Shown here in pieces: positions 28,830 to 39,005 of a stretch of DNA of 64,000 bases (within the stretch, counting starts at the first letter, position 1; the number at the start of each line of letters is the position of its first letter). The position numbers were made by a program, and so were the translations under genes. The notes under the pieces were generated by a model. That model worked only from the letters and a program-made list of their open reading frames with translations. It did not search any database and had not been told where the DNA came from. The stretch comes from Candidatus Marinacidobacterales bacterium. Lineage in GTDB: Bacteria > Acidobacteriota > Vicinamibacteria > Marinacidobacterales > SMYC01. Where the stretch lies: contig CBDCYI010000011.1 of assembly GCA_965224085.1 (NCBI GenBank), forward strand, positions 928,001 to 992,000, given 5' to 3'.

Positions 28830-29907
28830 ATGAGCTCGCCTCTCGTCACGCAGTTTCGCAGAGGCGGCGTGTCCAAGGATGTGCGCCTGACCGCCGCGAC
28901 CGGCGCTCTGCCGCTATCGCCCGCGGATCAGATCGAAGCTTCTATTCCTTCTGACCCGGGACAGCGATGACGCCGTCAGCTCGCAGGCGTCGACGAGCCT
29001 CGAGGCTATGGACGAAACTTCACTCATCAGCGTTCTGAAAGAGGTGAGTACCGCCGAGGACGTTCTCGCGTTCTTTGGAACACGGAATATGTCGGACGAC
29101 GTGCAGCAATCGCTGGTGCGAAACACGACGACGCCCGACGCAACCATCCTCGCCATGGTGCCGACCCTCACCGAATCGAATTTGGAGTTCGTCGTCGTTA
29201 ATCAAACGCGACTGCTCCGACATGCGCCGATCATCAAAGCGCTCGAACAGCACAGCAATCTGAGTTCCGACCAGCGTCGGCGCATCGACGAGCTCAAGCA
29301 CGATTTCAAGCTCGATCGGCCCGCTCCAGAGGCAGCCCCGCCACCCGCTCCTAGCGCGGCCGCACCGCGGTCCAAGCTTGATCTGAGCGCAGGGCCGGCG
29401 GAAGAGGACGAGCCGCCGCCGAAAACACAGGAAGAGGCGGCGGAGCTCTACGGCGTGGACGAGCGCGACGGCGATCTGACGGAGGAGGAAGAGGAGGAGA
29501 AAAGGAGCCTTATCGCCGAAATCGTGACGATGACGGCGGCCCAGAAAATGATGAAAGCGCTCAAAGGCGAGCGTGAGGCACGCCTGATGCTCATCCGGGA
29601 CCGCAACCGCACCGTATGGAGCGCGGTTTTGTCGAGCCCCAAGATGAACGATGCCGACGCGGAGCATATCGCGAAGATGCGCAACGTATCGCCCGATGTC
29701 TTGCGCGAAATGTCGAAGAATCGTCAATGGGTGAAGAGATATAGCATCGCCCACGAGTTCGTGAAAAACCCGAAAACACCTCCTGAAGTCTCTTCGAAGC
29801 TTCTCGTTCGTCTGAAAGATCGTGACTTGAAGCACCTGCTCCGTGACCGTAATGTGCCGGAACAGGTCCGACGCCTTGCTAAAAAACGGACGCGTACGGC
29901 TACGTAG
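28830..29907 (+). CDS. HEAT/LRV-like helical protein, split by a one-base frameshift near 28938
   Basis: ATG 28830 reads MSSPLVTQFRRGG...PLSPADQIE; removing one base continues LLFLLTRD... into the 29008-29907 ORF (LIRDRNR, KNPKTP). Confidence 0.75.
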
Positions 29908-29913
29908 ACAAAC

Positions 29914-30510
29914 ATGGCAGACGACTACTACTCGATTCTTCGTATCACGAAGACGGCAAGTGCCGCTGACATCAAGAAGGCTTATCTCCAGATGGCGCGA
30001 GACAACCATCCCGATCGCTTCGCGGATCCCGAGGAGCGAAAAGCGGCGGATTCCGGCTTTCATAAAATCACGGAAGCTTACAATCAGCTGCGTGATGAGA
30101 AATCGCGACAGAAGTATGATAGGGATCTCGCGAAAGAGAAACGTTCGCCCGAAGAGGAGGCCGATCTCTTTTTCAAGAACGCGGAGCTGCGAGAGCAGTC
30201 GAAGGACTATGAAACGGCTTTGAAGTTCTATTATGAGGCCATGCGACTTCAACCTAAGAAGCTCGAATATGTCATGGCGGCCGGGCTCCTTCTCGTCATG
30301 GATAAGAGTAAAACGCGGCAGGCTGCAGACCTGTTTGCCAAAGCGATGGAAATCGATCCCGCATCGCCCGATCCTCATCTCGAGCTCGGTAACGTCTACA
30401 TGCGCAGTGGCATGACGGTGCGCGCCAAGAGGATTTACGCGACCGCGCTCGAGAAATTCCCCAATCACCCGGAGCTCAAACGCCGGATGATGAAGCTGAA
30501 AGACAAATGA
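29914..30510 (+). CDS. DnaJ-domain plus TPR protein
   Basis: DYYSIL...IKKAY...HPD motif, followed by TPRs. Confidence 0.9.
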   Translation: MADDYYSILRITKTASAADIKKAYLQMARDNHPDRFADPEERKAADSGFHKITEAYNQLRDEKSRQKYDRDLAKEKRSPEEEADLFFKNAELREQSKDYETALKFYYEAMRLQPKKLEYVMAAGLLLVMDKSKTRQAADLFAKAMEIDPASPDPHLELGNVYMRSGMTVRAKRIYATALEKFPNHPELKRRMMKLKDK

Positions 30511-31292
30511 GCGACGAGCGCCAGCGAAAAGAGATGAGTATCGAGTCACGTTCCGTAAGCGATGTGGGCCGCAAGCGCCAGAGGAATGAAGATAGCTTCG
30601 TCTCGAACGACGAGGTAGGCCTCTACGTGGTCGCCGACGGGATGGGCGGACACACGCATGGCGACGTCGCGTCACGCATCGCCGTAAGGACCATCGACGA
30701 GTTCGTCCAACTGACGTCGGGTGACGCAGATATCACCTGGCCCTACGGGATTGAAGAAGCGCTTTCCCTCAACGCAAATCGGCTGAAGACGTCGATCCGT
30801 TTCGCGAATCAGAGACTCCTCGAGCACGCTCGCAAAGAAGTGGAATGCGAGGGAATGGCTACGACCGTCGTCGCGGCGCTCGTTGAGGGTGGCGTCGCGG
30901 AAATAGCCCATGTGGGTGACAGCCGCGCCTATTTGATTCGCGGCGGCGAGATGCAGTTGGTGACGAGCGACCATTCTTGGGTCAACGAACAGGTGCAGTC
31001 GGGTGTCATCGACAAGGAGCAAGCGCGAAACCACCCGCTCAGAAACGTGGTGACGCGGGCTCTGGGCGGCAAGCCGGAGCTCGAGGTAGATGTACAAGCC
31101 CTCGAGCTCGTACCGGATGATCGGCTCTTGCTTTGCTCTGACGGCCTGACGACCATGCTCGAGGATCACGAGATCCTCGGGATCGTGCTCGATGCGGGCG
31201 GAACGGTCGAGCAAGCGGATCCTTTGGTAGATGCCGCGAACCGCAACGGCGGGGAGGACAATACGACGACGATCTTACTTCGGGTTTCTTGA
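30507..31292 (+). CDS. PP2C/Stp1 family Ser/Thr phosphatase
   Basis: DVGRKRQRNED, VADGMGG, HVGDSRAY, TRALG, LCSDGL, GGEDN. Confidence 0.96.
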   Translation: MSDERQRKEMSIESRSVSDVGRKRQRNEDSFVSNDEVGLYVVADGMGGHTHGDVASRIAVRTIDEFVQLTSGDADITWPYGIEEALSLNANRLKTSIRFANQRLLEHARKEVECEGMATTVVAALVEGGVAEIAHVGDSRAYLIRGGEMQLVTSDHSWVNEQVQSGVIDKEQARNHPLRNVVTRALGGKPELEVDVQALELVPDDRLLLCSDGLTTMLEDHEILGIVLDAGGTVEQADPLVDAANRNGGEDNTTTILLRVS

Positions 31293-31372
31293 GTGCCGGT
31301 TCACTTTCACGGGGTCGAACCGAACAGAATATTTCCGGTCCATGAGCGCAAGCACGTCTCGACCGGTGAATC

Positions 31373-33559
31373 ATGACCGATAACGATACAGATATTCGCA
31401 TCGACAAATTCACGGTCCGACAGCGTATCGGGCGCGGCGGGATGGGTGCGGTCTACGAAGGCCATGACCCGGCCTTGGACCGTCGCGTCGCCATCAAGAC
31501 GCTGACGGCGGACGTGATTGCCGATCAGGATTCGCGTAGCCGTTTCGAGCGCGAGGCCCGAGCGGCAGCGAAACTCCAGCACCCCAACATCGTCACGATT
31601 TATGAGCTCGGCAATTTCGGAGGGGCGGAAAAGCCCTACATCGTGATGGAGTATCTCGAGGGTACGGACGTCGCGAGCCTAATCGGCGACGAAGGCATGC
31701 CGATTGCGGAGGCGCTCGATATCGTCATCCAGCTTTCTCGCGCTCTCGATTTCGCCCACCAAAACGGCGTGGTCCATCGCGACATCAAGCCAGCCAACCT
31801 TCGCTGTTTGGATAACGGGCAGATCAAGATCATGGATTTCGGAATCGCCCGCATGGAGGGGAGCCACCAAATCACGAAGAGCGGCGTCATGATCGGAACG
31901 GTCCACTACATGTCGCCTGAGCAAATCCGGGGTCAGAAGCTCGACGGGAGAACCGATATCTTTTCGGCGGGTTGCATACTTTACGAGCTTCTTACCGGCG
32001 GGCGTCCGTTTCTGGGAGAATCGGCGACCTCCATTCTTTATAACATCGTCAACGAGCAGCCGGTGCCCGTCGTCGAGAGGAAGGAGAATATCCCTCAAGA
32101 GGTCCAGGATGTTCTCGAGCGCGCGATGGCCAAAAAGGCCGAGGATCGCTTCGAGCATGCGGCCGACATGGCGCGCGAGCTCGAAAAGATCCTCACGGTG
32201 TATCGCAAAACGCTTCCGCGGACGACGAAGGTGCTTCAAACAACATTGGACGAGCTGCAAGCTCTGAACCGCGCGGAGAATTGGAAGGGTCTGGTCGAGA
32301 AATCCCGGGAGGTCGTCGAGCAATATCCCGAGTTCGACGAGGCGCGCCGACACCTACGGCGCGCCCTTCGGGCGCTCCACGAAGACGAAGTCGAGCGAAA
32401 CCAGACCCAGGACGATCGTACGCGTCACCTCAAGGAGATTCAGCACGAGTTCACGCAGCTCTATGGGGAGAGCGCGGCCGGGACGGCGCAGATCGTTTCC
32501 GAGGAGACGGAGCTAGTAACGGTGACGCCTACGCGCGTCGCGTCCGAGGCGGGTCCCGATACGCGCCACGGGGAAGAAGGCCAAGCCGACGCTGCCGTCC
32601 GCGCCTTGGCCGCTCCGATTTGGGCGCTCGTCATCGTCGTGTTGCTCGGGCTTGCCGGGGGTTTGTATTGGATGTTCCTGAGGGAGCCGCCGGGCCCTCA
32701 GCCGGTTGCGCATCCTTTGCGCCTCAGCTCTAGGCCGTCCGGAGCTGCCGTTTTCTTGGATGGAGTGGCCACGGGCCTCACGACCGTGGATGGAGGCGTC
32801 GAGCTTCTCATCTCTGGCGTCACCGCAGAGGCGCATATTGTGGAAGTGCGTCTCGCTGGGTTCGAGTCGGCGTCGAGTGAGCTCGTGCTCGCGGAGGCGC
32901 CCCCGGGTCCTCTCGAACTCGTCCTCACGTCCACGGCGCGCTTTTTCGAGCTCGTAACAAACCCCGAAGGCGTCAGCGTACAGCTCGACGGCGAGCCGGT
33001 GGACGGCGTGACGCCCCTGACCCTAGAGCTCGTCGATGGCGATCACGAGATCCAGCTCGCGAAAGATGAGTATGTATCGCGCACGGTCTCGATTGCTGCG
33101 GGCCAGCCACTTCCGGAAGAGGCCATTGCTTTGACGCCACTCGGCCGCCCGGGGACGTTTCGCGTGAGGGCGCCGTATCCCGTGGCCATTCATCGTGGCA
33201 ATGGCGTCGTCGCCAGCGCCTCGACGAATGCGAGCGTTCGGTTCCGACCAGGTAATTATCGGTTTCGACTGGTGGCGCCCGAGGTGTTTCTGAGTCGATC
33301 GGTGGAAGTCGCTATCCGTGAGGCGGAGACGATCACCCACGAGGCACCTCCGCTCGGACGTGTCAATGTGCGCGCGAATCCGGGGAATTGTACGGTAACG
33401 ATCGACGGGATGCGGGCGGGCTCGCCGCCTTTTATGAATCGCCAGGTCGTCACGGGCGTGCACGAGTTCGTGTTCACGTGGCCCGGAAACGTGACGGATA
33501 CGCAAAGTGTTAACGTCGAGGCTTCAAAGCCGACTTACGTCATTGGGCAAAGGCCTTGA
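31373..33559 (+). CDS. Hanks-type Ser/Thr kinase with TM and extracytoplasmic PEGA domains
   Basis: IGRGGMGAVY, VAIK, HRDIKPAN, DFG, GTVHYMSPE; TM; PEGA-like units (SRPSGAAVFLDG, TNPEGVSVQLDG..GVTPL). Confidence 0.95.
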   Translation: MTDNDTDIRIDKFTVRQRIGRGGMGAVYEGHDPALDRRVAIKTLTADVIADQDSRSRFEREARAAAKLQHPNIVTIYELGNFGGAEKPYIVMEYLEGTDVASLIGDEGMPIAEALDIVIQLSRALDFAHQNGVVHRDIKPANLRCLDNGQIKIMDFGIARMEGSHQITKSGVMIGTVHYMSPEQIRGQKLDGRTDIFSAGCILYELLTGGRPFLGESATSILYNIVNEQPVPVVERKENIPQEVQDVLERAMAKKAEDRFEHAADMARELEKILTVYRKTLPRTTKVLQTTLDELQALNRAENWKGLVEKSREVVEQYPEFDEARRHLRRALRALHEDEVERNQTQDDRTRHLKEIQHEFTQLYGESAAGTAQIVSEETELVTVTPTRVASEAGPDTRHGEEGQADAAVRALAAPIWALVIVVLLGLAGGLYWMFLREPPGPQPVAHPLRLSSRPSGAAVFLDGVATGLTTVDGGVELLISGVTAEAHIVEVRLAGFESASSELVLAEAPPGPLELVLTSTARFFELVTNPEGVSVQLDGEPVDGVTPLTLELVDGDHEIQLAKDEYVSRTVSIAAGQPLPEEAIALTPLGRPGTFRVRAPYPVAIHRGNGVVASASTNASVRFRPGNYRFRLVAPEVFLSRSVEVAIREAETITHEAPPLGRVNVRANPGNCTVTIDGMRAGSPPFMNRQVVTGVHEFVFTWPGNVTDTQSVNVEASKPTYVIGQRP

Positions 33560-33562
33560 TGA

Positions 33563-33591
33563 GCATTCAGGATTCAGCATTCAGCATTCAG
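33563..33591. repeat. Intergenic heptamer tandem repeat (GCATTCA/GGATTCA x4)
   Basis: gcattcaggattcagcattcagcattcag directly after the kinase stop. Confidence 0.7.
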
Positions 33592-33620
33592 GGGCAGAGA
33601 CGCTTTTTAGGAGGTTTGTC

Positions 33621-35129
33621 ATGACGGGAATCTTGTGGCTTCGGGTTGGTTTGGTCGTGCTTTTCGTTATTCTTGCTTCGAGTCTTTTTGGGCAGGGGCC
33701 GCCGACGGAGCTGGCGCGGCAACACCTCGAGAGCGGGATTCAGTTCTACCAACAGGGGCGGTACAAACAAGCGCTCAATGACTTTCAGATCGTTGCGACC
33801 TCGATGTCGGGGACAGAATATGCGGACGACGCGCTTTTGCGAATCGGCCGCTATTATCTGGACATCGAGGAGGACTTCGCTAAAGCGAAAGACAGCTTGG
33901 ACGAGATCCTTCGAAGCTATCCGACCGGTGACGCAGCTCCTGGGGCCTATTACTACCTCGGCGAAGTGATCTTTCGATCCGACCGGGGCGGTACGGCCAT
34001 CGACGACGCTCTCGCCAATTATCAGAGAGTGTTTCTCTATCCGGGAAACGCTTATATCCCGGCCGCTATTTATTCGACGGGTTTGGCTCTCGAGCGCCAG
34101 GGCAAGTTCCAGGATGCTGTCGACGCCTATTTCCAAGTCATCGTGGACCACCCAGGCTCGGATTGGTCTGCGGGAGCCCAGCTCGGTGTGGGCCGCAGCT
34201 CGGTGCGGCAAGGCGTCCCAATGGAAGCCATGGCGCAGTTTCAAGAAGTCCGTAACAACTATCCGGAAACGGTCGAGGCCAAAGAAGCACTCAATTGGCT
34301 GACGCTCCTCTATCGTTTCTACGGAGCGCCCAGTCTTGGACGGGCGGTCAACTTTCGCCGCGACCCGACTTTCCGCGCGGCGATTGCCGACAAGTTCAAG
34401 GACGTCAAAGCCGTCCGCGTTTCCGTGGGCGGCATCCACGTCTTGGAGCGTGGCCGCAAACGTGTGATCACGTTCGACCGCACGGGAAAGCTTGCGGGCA
34501 CTAAGGCTGCGGTCGACCCTTACAGTTTGGCGGTCGACCCGCGCGGCCAGCTCGTCATCGCCAATAGTAAAGGCGTGGTCATCGAAGGTCAGCCCAAAGC
34601 TTTCAACGTGCCGACCGAAGATGGTCCGGAGCAACTCGAAAAGATCCACGCGGCGGCGCGCGATCGTCTCGGCGAGGTTTACATTTTCGACCAGAAGCGG
34701 AAGAACGTCCTTCGATTCAACGATAGTGGCGAGCTACTCGGCGCGTTCCCTGATAATAACAAGCGCGAGGTTCTCGCTCTCGAAGTCGACAAACGCGGCA
34801 ATCTCGTCATGCTCGTAAAATCCGATCGCAGCGTCAACGTCTACAACCCGGCGGGGCGGACCCTGGCTCGCATCACGACTAAAAAAGGTAAGCTGAACCT
34901 GAAAAAGGCGGTGGATATCGCGCTCGACCCGGCGGGTAATCTCTACATTCTCGACCAAGATCAAGCGCAGATCGCCGTGTTCGACGCGTCCTACAAGTTT
35001 CTTACTATGCTGACGGCTCAAAATCTCGGTGGAGGTGCGCTATCCAAGCCGATCAGCATGGATGTCGACGCTTCCGGAGATCTCTATGTTTACGATGACA
35101 AGGAGAAATCGCTTTTCCGTCTCAATTGA
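33621..35129 (+). CDS. Exported TPR (BamD/YfiO-like) plus NHL beta-propeller protein
   Basis: RBS AGGAGG before ATG 33621; signal peptide; YP-capped TPRs; NHL repeats (DIALDPAGNLYILD, SMDVDASGDLYVYD). Confidence 0.85.
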   Translation: MTGILWLRVGLVVLFVILASSLFGQGPPTELARQHLESGIQFYQQGRYKQALNDFQIVATSMSGTEYADDALLRIGRYYLDIEEDFAKAKDSLDEILRSYPTGDAAPGAYYYLGEVIFRSDRGGTAIDDALANYQRVFLYPGNAYIPAAIYSTGLALERQGKFQDAVDAYFQVIVDHPGSDWSAGAQLGVGRSSVRQGVPMEAMAQFQEVRNNYPETVEAKEALNWLTLLYRFYGAPSLGRAVNFRRDPTFRAAIADKFKDVKAVRVSVGGIHVLERGRKRVITFDRTGKLAGTKAAVDPYSLAVDPRGQLVIANSKGVVIEGQPKAFNVPTEDGPEQLEKIHAAARDRLGEVYIFDQKRKNVLRFNDSGELLGAFPDNNKREVLALEVDKRGNLVMLVKSDRSVNVYNPAGRTLARITTKKGKLNLKKAVDIALDPAGNLYILDQDQAQIAVFDASYKFLTMLTAQNLGGGALSKPISMDVDASGDLYVYDDKEKSLFRLN

Positions 35130-37284
35130 GCTCTTGTTCGCGTTTCTGATCGCGGGCGCCGCGCCGGCCCAAGATCCGGTGACGCTCGAGGAGCAGGAGC
35201 TTGCCTTGCGGCTTTCGCAGCAGTTTCAGGAAGCCGTGGCACTGTTCGAAGACCAACAGCGGCGATCTCAGTCGATCGACTTCTTTAGTCAGATCATCGA
35301 GGAAGTCGACAACGATCGCCGCCTCCGCGAGACTGTTTCTGATGGGCTCGTGGCGCTCCAGCAGAGGGCACTCGAGCATCGGGCGCGCGCTTTTTTCAAC
35401 GCTGGCAATCTCCAGGGGGCGTCGGATGATTTCCGGCAGCTCTTGCTGGACAACCCTCGCTACGCGCTCGATGCGGAATCCCTATCGCCCAAGATCATCG
35501 ACTATTTCGAGGATCAGAAAAAGCGGCTCATCGGATATATCGCCGTTACCACGGAGCCTGCAGGTGCGCGCGTGATGGTCAACGGCAACTTCGTCGGGAT
35601 TACGAACTTTTTCCCCGTCGAGGTCCATACGGGAATCGCACGCCTCGAGATCACGCTCGAAGGACACGCGTCCTATATCGACGAAGAGCTTCGAATCATC
35701 CCCGGCGACATCGCGACGCTCGATCTCGCTTTGACGCGCACAAGCGCTCGCTTGCCCATCATCACCGATCCTCCGGGCGTCGAAATCCTGGTGGACGGCA
35801 CATTGGTGGGAACGACGTCCGGGACGCTCCCTCCAGATCTGCGTAGCTTCATGCCTGCCGACCTCGATCCGAATCGGCTCTCCGCACCTTTCGACCTCGC
35901 CGCGCTGCCAATTGGACGTCACGAGATCGAGCTGCGTCTTGAATGCCATCAGCCTGTCCGATTTCCTTTCAACGCCGAGCAGCCGCGGGACTACACGGCC
36001 CAGATCGTCAAGCTCGACGAATCGGTGGGCCGTGTCACTATCTCGTCCAACCCGACGGACGCGCGTGTGTTCCTCGACGGGAACCTCAAAGGGAATACGC
36101 CGCTCGAGCTCGACAAGGTCTGTTCCGGACCGCATCGCCTCGAGGTGAAGCACGCGACCGGAAAATATGTCGAAGACATCGAGGTCGGTGTCGATGAGGC
36201 CGTATCTTTCGAATGTCGGATCCGGCCGACGCTCGCGATACTCGGAGTGGCAGCGGACGACGACGTACCCGAGCGCGATCTTGCCGACATCCTCCAGAAG
36301 CTGCACGAAGAGCTGCGTAACTTGGAGCGCATGAACCTCGTCTTTGCCGATGCAGCGATCGTGGAGGCGCAGCTCGGCGCGGAGGGTCTGAACGCGTTCA
36401 TCGCCTCGAAGAGATCCTCCGAGATGACCCCCGAGCGGGTTCGTGAGCTCTCAGAGAAGCTCGGAGAAGCGCTGGAAGTCGAGGCGCTCTTGGTTGGCTT
36501 CGTCCCGGAGCAACGATTGACCAAAGACGTGGTTTTGCATTTCCTGGCGGTGGGTTCCACGGCTCCCGACACCTATCCGTTGAACTATCTCGACCCTCAG
36601 GCGCTGCCGGTGTTTCTTTCCGAGCTTTCGATGCCGACGAAGCTTCAAGGGAGCTGGGCGGGCCTACTGGCCATCGACACGAAGCTCCACGCCGGGCCGG
36701 TCGTGTTATCGGTGGCGGCAGGTGGGCCCGCGGAGCAATCGGGGATCCTTCCCGGCGACGTCATCGTGTCGGCGGGTGGCCAAACTGTGACCCGCGCGCT
36801 CGAGCTCTTAGAGGCGGTTCGGGCCGCGGAGCCCGGCTCCAGTCTCGCGCTCTCTGTCTCCCGCGGCGGCAGCTCGAGCGAGCTGGGCCTGAACGTAGGG
36901 ACGACACCGCTTGAATTGCCAATGGGCGATCCCCACTTTCTCTACAACAAGGCCATCGTCGACTTGCGGCACCGGATGGCAGTGGAGCCCGAAGTCGAGC
37001 ATTTGGCGCGGCTGAACGCTGGCCTAGCACACATGCAGCTCGGGGATTACGAGACGGCTCTCAAAGAATACTTGCCGCGGGTCATCTTGCCCGGGACCCA
37101 AGGCGTCTCACAAGGCACCGTGCTCTACCACATTGCGCTGGCCTACTTGATGCTCGGCGAGCGTGCAGAGGCGACCCGGGTCTTTCAGCAGGCGCTCGAG
37201 TTCCCCGGTGCGACCTTGCAGTCGAACGACGGACCTCGGATCCTGCCGCTCGTGCAGCGCAGGCTGCGCGAGCTTGGACAGTAG
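35095..37284 (+). CDS. Exported TPR-PEGA-PDZ-TPR protein
   Basis: Signal-like MTRRNRF...AAPAQ; PEGA repeats (TEPAGARVMVNG, TDPPGVEILVDG, SNPTDARVFLDG); PDZ (GGPAEQSGILPGDVI); start approximate. Confidence 0.82.
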   Translation: MTRRNRFSVSIELLFAFLIAGAAPAQDPVTLEEQELALRLSQQFQEAVALFEDQQRRSQSIDFFSQIIEEVDNDRRLRETVSDGLVALQQRALEHRARAFFNAGNLQGASDDFRQLLLDNPRYALDAESLSPKIIDYFEDQKKRLIGYIAVTTEPAGARVMVNGNFVGITNFFPVEVHTGIARLEITLEGHASYIDEELRIIPGDIATLDLALTRTSARLPIITDPPGVEILVDGTLVGTTSGTLPPDLRSFMPADLDPNRLSAPFDLAALPIGRHEIELRLECHQPVRFPFNAEQPRDYTAQIVKLDESVGRVTISSNPTDARVFLDGNLKGNTPLELDKVCSGPHRLEVKHATGKYVEDIEVGVDEAVSFECRIRPTLAILGVAADDDVPERDLADILQKLHEELRNLERMNLVFADAAIVEAQLGAEGLNAFIASKRSSEMTPERVRELSEKLGEALEVEALLVGFVPEQRLTKDVVLHFLAVGSTAPDTYPLNYLDPQALPVFLSELSMPTKLQGSWAGLLAIDTKLHAGPVVLSVAAGGPAEQSGILPGDVIVSAGGQTVTRALELLEAVRAAEPGSSLALSVSRGGSSSELGLNVGTTPLELPMGDPHFLYNKAIVDLRHRMAVEPEVEHLARLNAGLAHMQLGDYETALKEYLPRVILPGTQGVSQGTVLYHIALAYLMLGERAEATRVFQQALEFPGATLQSNDGPRILPLVQRRLRELGQ

Positions 37285-37383
37285 AGCTCTATTGACGGAT
37301 CCTCCTTGGACCCCGCCCGCTCGTTCGATCCATACTTACTGCGAACCCCGCGTGCAACAGACCGCTTTGGGGACGAGGTATCG

Positions 37384-38913
37384 GTGGACAAACTCATCAT
37401 CCATCATGGCGACCGTGTCACCGAGCACGAGATCGGGGAACACCCGCTGCTTCTCGGTCGTGATCCGCAATGCGATCTCTTCTTCGCGGACAAGAAACTG
37501 TCGCGCCGGCACGCCCGTTTCGAGCGGGAGGGGAACCACCTCAGGCTCGTCGACCTCGGCAGCCGAAATGGCAGCTGGGTCAATGACGAGCGGGTCGAGA
37601 CCCAGCTCATCGCCGCGGGCGACTCGATGCGGCTGGGCTCGCTCGTCATCAACCTTTTGACGGAGAGCGAGCCCGAGGAGGACAGCACCGTTTACCTCAC
37701 TGCGGAACCCGCCGGTGCCGACGAGAGCGGGACGGTGATGCTGTCATCGGAGTCACTTGCCGCCGCCGCACCGGGCGGCCCCGAGCACGACGCGAACAAG
37801 GTGGTGGAACCCACCGGTGCCGACGAGAGCGGGACGTTGATGCTGTCATCGGAGGCACTTTCCGCCGCCGCACCGGGCGGCCCCGAGCACGACGCGAACG
37901 AGGTGGTTGAACCAGCCGGTGCCGACGAGAGTGGGACGGTGATACTCCCCACGACGGACACGCTCCGGCCTCCCGAAAACGAAGATGAACCAGATGAGTC
38001 AGGTGAGGAAGATGTCCCGACACTCTACCGGCCGGATAGCGACGGCACGGTCGTGCTGGAGAGCGCGACGCCGTTCAACGATGCCAAGACGGGGGAGGTC
38101 ATTATCCGGGGAGAGGTCGACCCTTCCCTGAAGGCGGCAACCCGCATCGTTTCACCAGAATCGCCGCCGGCGCGGAGCTCTTCCGGGAGCCTTCGTTTCG
38201 TGGCTCTCGTCGCTGCGATCTCGGTCCTCGCGGTCGCCGTACTGGCTTTGCCGCTCATGCTTACGCTTGGAGGCGCCCTCACCTCTGAGTCCGCGCTCCG
38301 CGCCCGCGCGCTGGTCGACTTGCTCGCCGCGACGAACGTGGCGGCTCTTTCTCAAAGCCCGCCAGAAGAAGGGTCGCTCGAGCGCGTCATCGACGAGCCC
38401 GGGGTTGTTGCTGCCTATGTCCTCGACTGGAGCGGCAACATTCTCGCACCGGATGGTGGCGACGCGGCTTCGCTTCCAAAGGATGCGCTCGAGGATGCGG
38501 CCGGTCTTCGGGCCCTTTTGACCCGCGATCTTGTAAACGGCGATGTGCTCATCATGACGCCGATACAAGGCGATGGACGCCCGATCGGCGTGGCGGTTCT
38601 ACAGTTTCGGCCCGCGACCGTGTCGGGCTGGTCCACGGTCATGCTGGTTCTTGGCGCCTTGCTGCTACTCATGGGCGTCGGGGCGGCAGTTCTGCTCGCG
38701 CGACGCTGGACGCTCGGCCCGCTGCGGGAACTGCGCGATGATGTCCTGGCGCTGCGTGAAGGCCTTCCTGGGACACTCCCGGAAGAGCGCCCTTACTCGG
38801 AGTTGACGGATCTCGCGAGGAGTTTCAACGAGCTGCTCGAGCAAAGAAATCCTGCGCCTGGCGATGACGCTTCGGCGTCCGGTCTCGACGCCACCGTGAT
38901 TCGACCCCGTTGA
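37384..38913 (+). CDS. FHA-domain membrane receptor (FHA, acidic Thr-repeat linker, TM, periplasmic domain, TM, HAMP)
   Basis: FHA (LGRDP, SRRHA, SRNGS); two TMs; HAMP-like GPLRELRDD..ELTDLARSFNEL; RBS GAGGT before GTG 37384. Confidence 0.85.
   Translation: MDKLIIHHGDRVTEHEIGEHPLLLGRDPQCDLFFADKKLSRRHARFEREGNHLRLVDLGSRNGSWVNDERVETQLIAAGDSMRLGSLVINLLTESEPEEDSTVYLTAEPAGADESGTVMLSSESLAAAAPGGPEHDANKVVEPTGADESGTLMLSSEALSAAAPGGPEHDANEVVEPAGADESGTVILPTTDTLRPPENEDEPDESGEEDVPTLYRPDSDGTVVLESATPFNDAKTGEVIIRGEVDPSLKAATRIVSPESPPARSSSGSLRFVALVAAISVLAVAVLALPLMLTLGGALTSESALRARALVDLLAATNVAALSQSPPEEGSLERVIDEPGVVAAYVLDWSGNILAPDGGDAASLPKDALEDAAGLRALLTRDLVNGDVLIMTPIQGDGRPIGVAVLQFRPATVSGWSTVMLVLGALLLLMGVGAAVLLARRWTLGPLRELRDDVLALREGLPGTLPEERPYSELTDLARSFNELLEQRNPAPGDDASASGLDATVIRPR
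37705..37944 (+). repeat. In-frame 102-bp tandem repeat (34 aa), about 2.3 copies
   Basis: Units start at 37705, 37807 and 37909 (EP[AT]GADESGT[VL]...). Confidence 0.92.
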
Positions 38914-38920
38914 AAAGACA

Positions 38921-39005
38921 GCTGTCAGTTGTCCGTACTTGATTTCGATGACGATGTGCCTGGAACAGACTCGTCCCCAAAGTGGAGACACGGATAGTTG
39001 ACAGC
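38921..39005. repeat. Intergenic inverted repeat, 16-bp stem with G-U pairs
   Basis: gctgtcagttgtccgt (38921-38936) and acggatagttgacagc (38990-39005). Confidence 0.65.

Noticed and set aside
29020-30675. 551-aa minus-strand ORF
   Set aside because: Antisense shadow of three well-supported + strand genes in GC-rich DNA; no recognisable motifs
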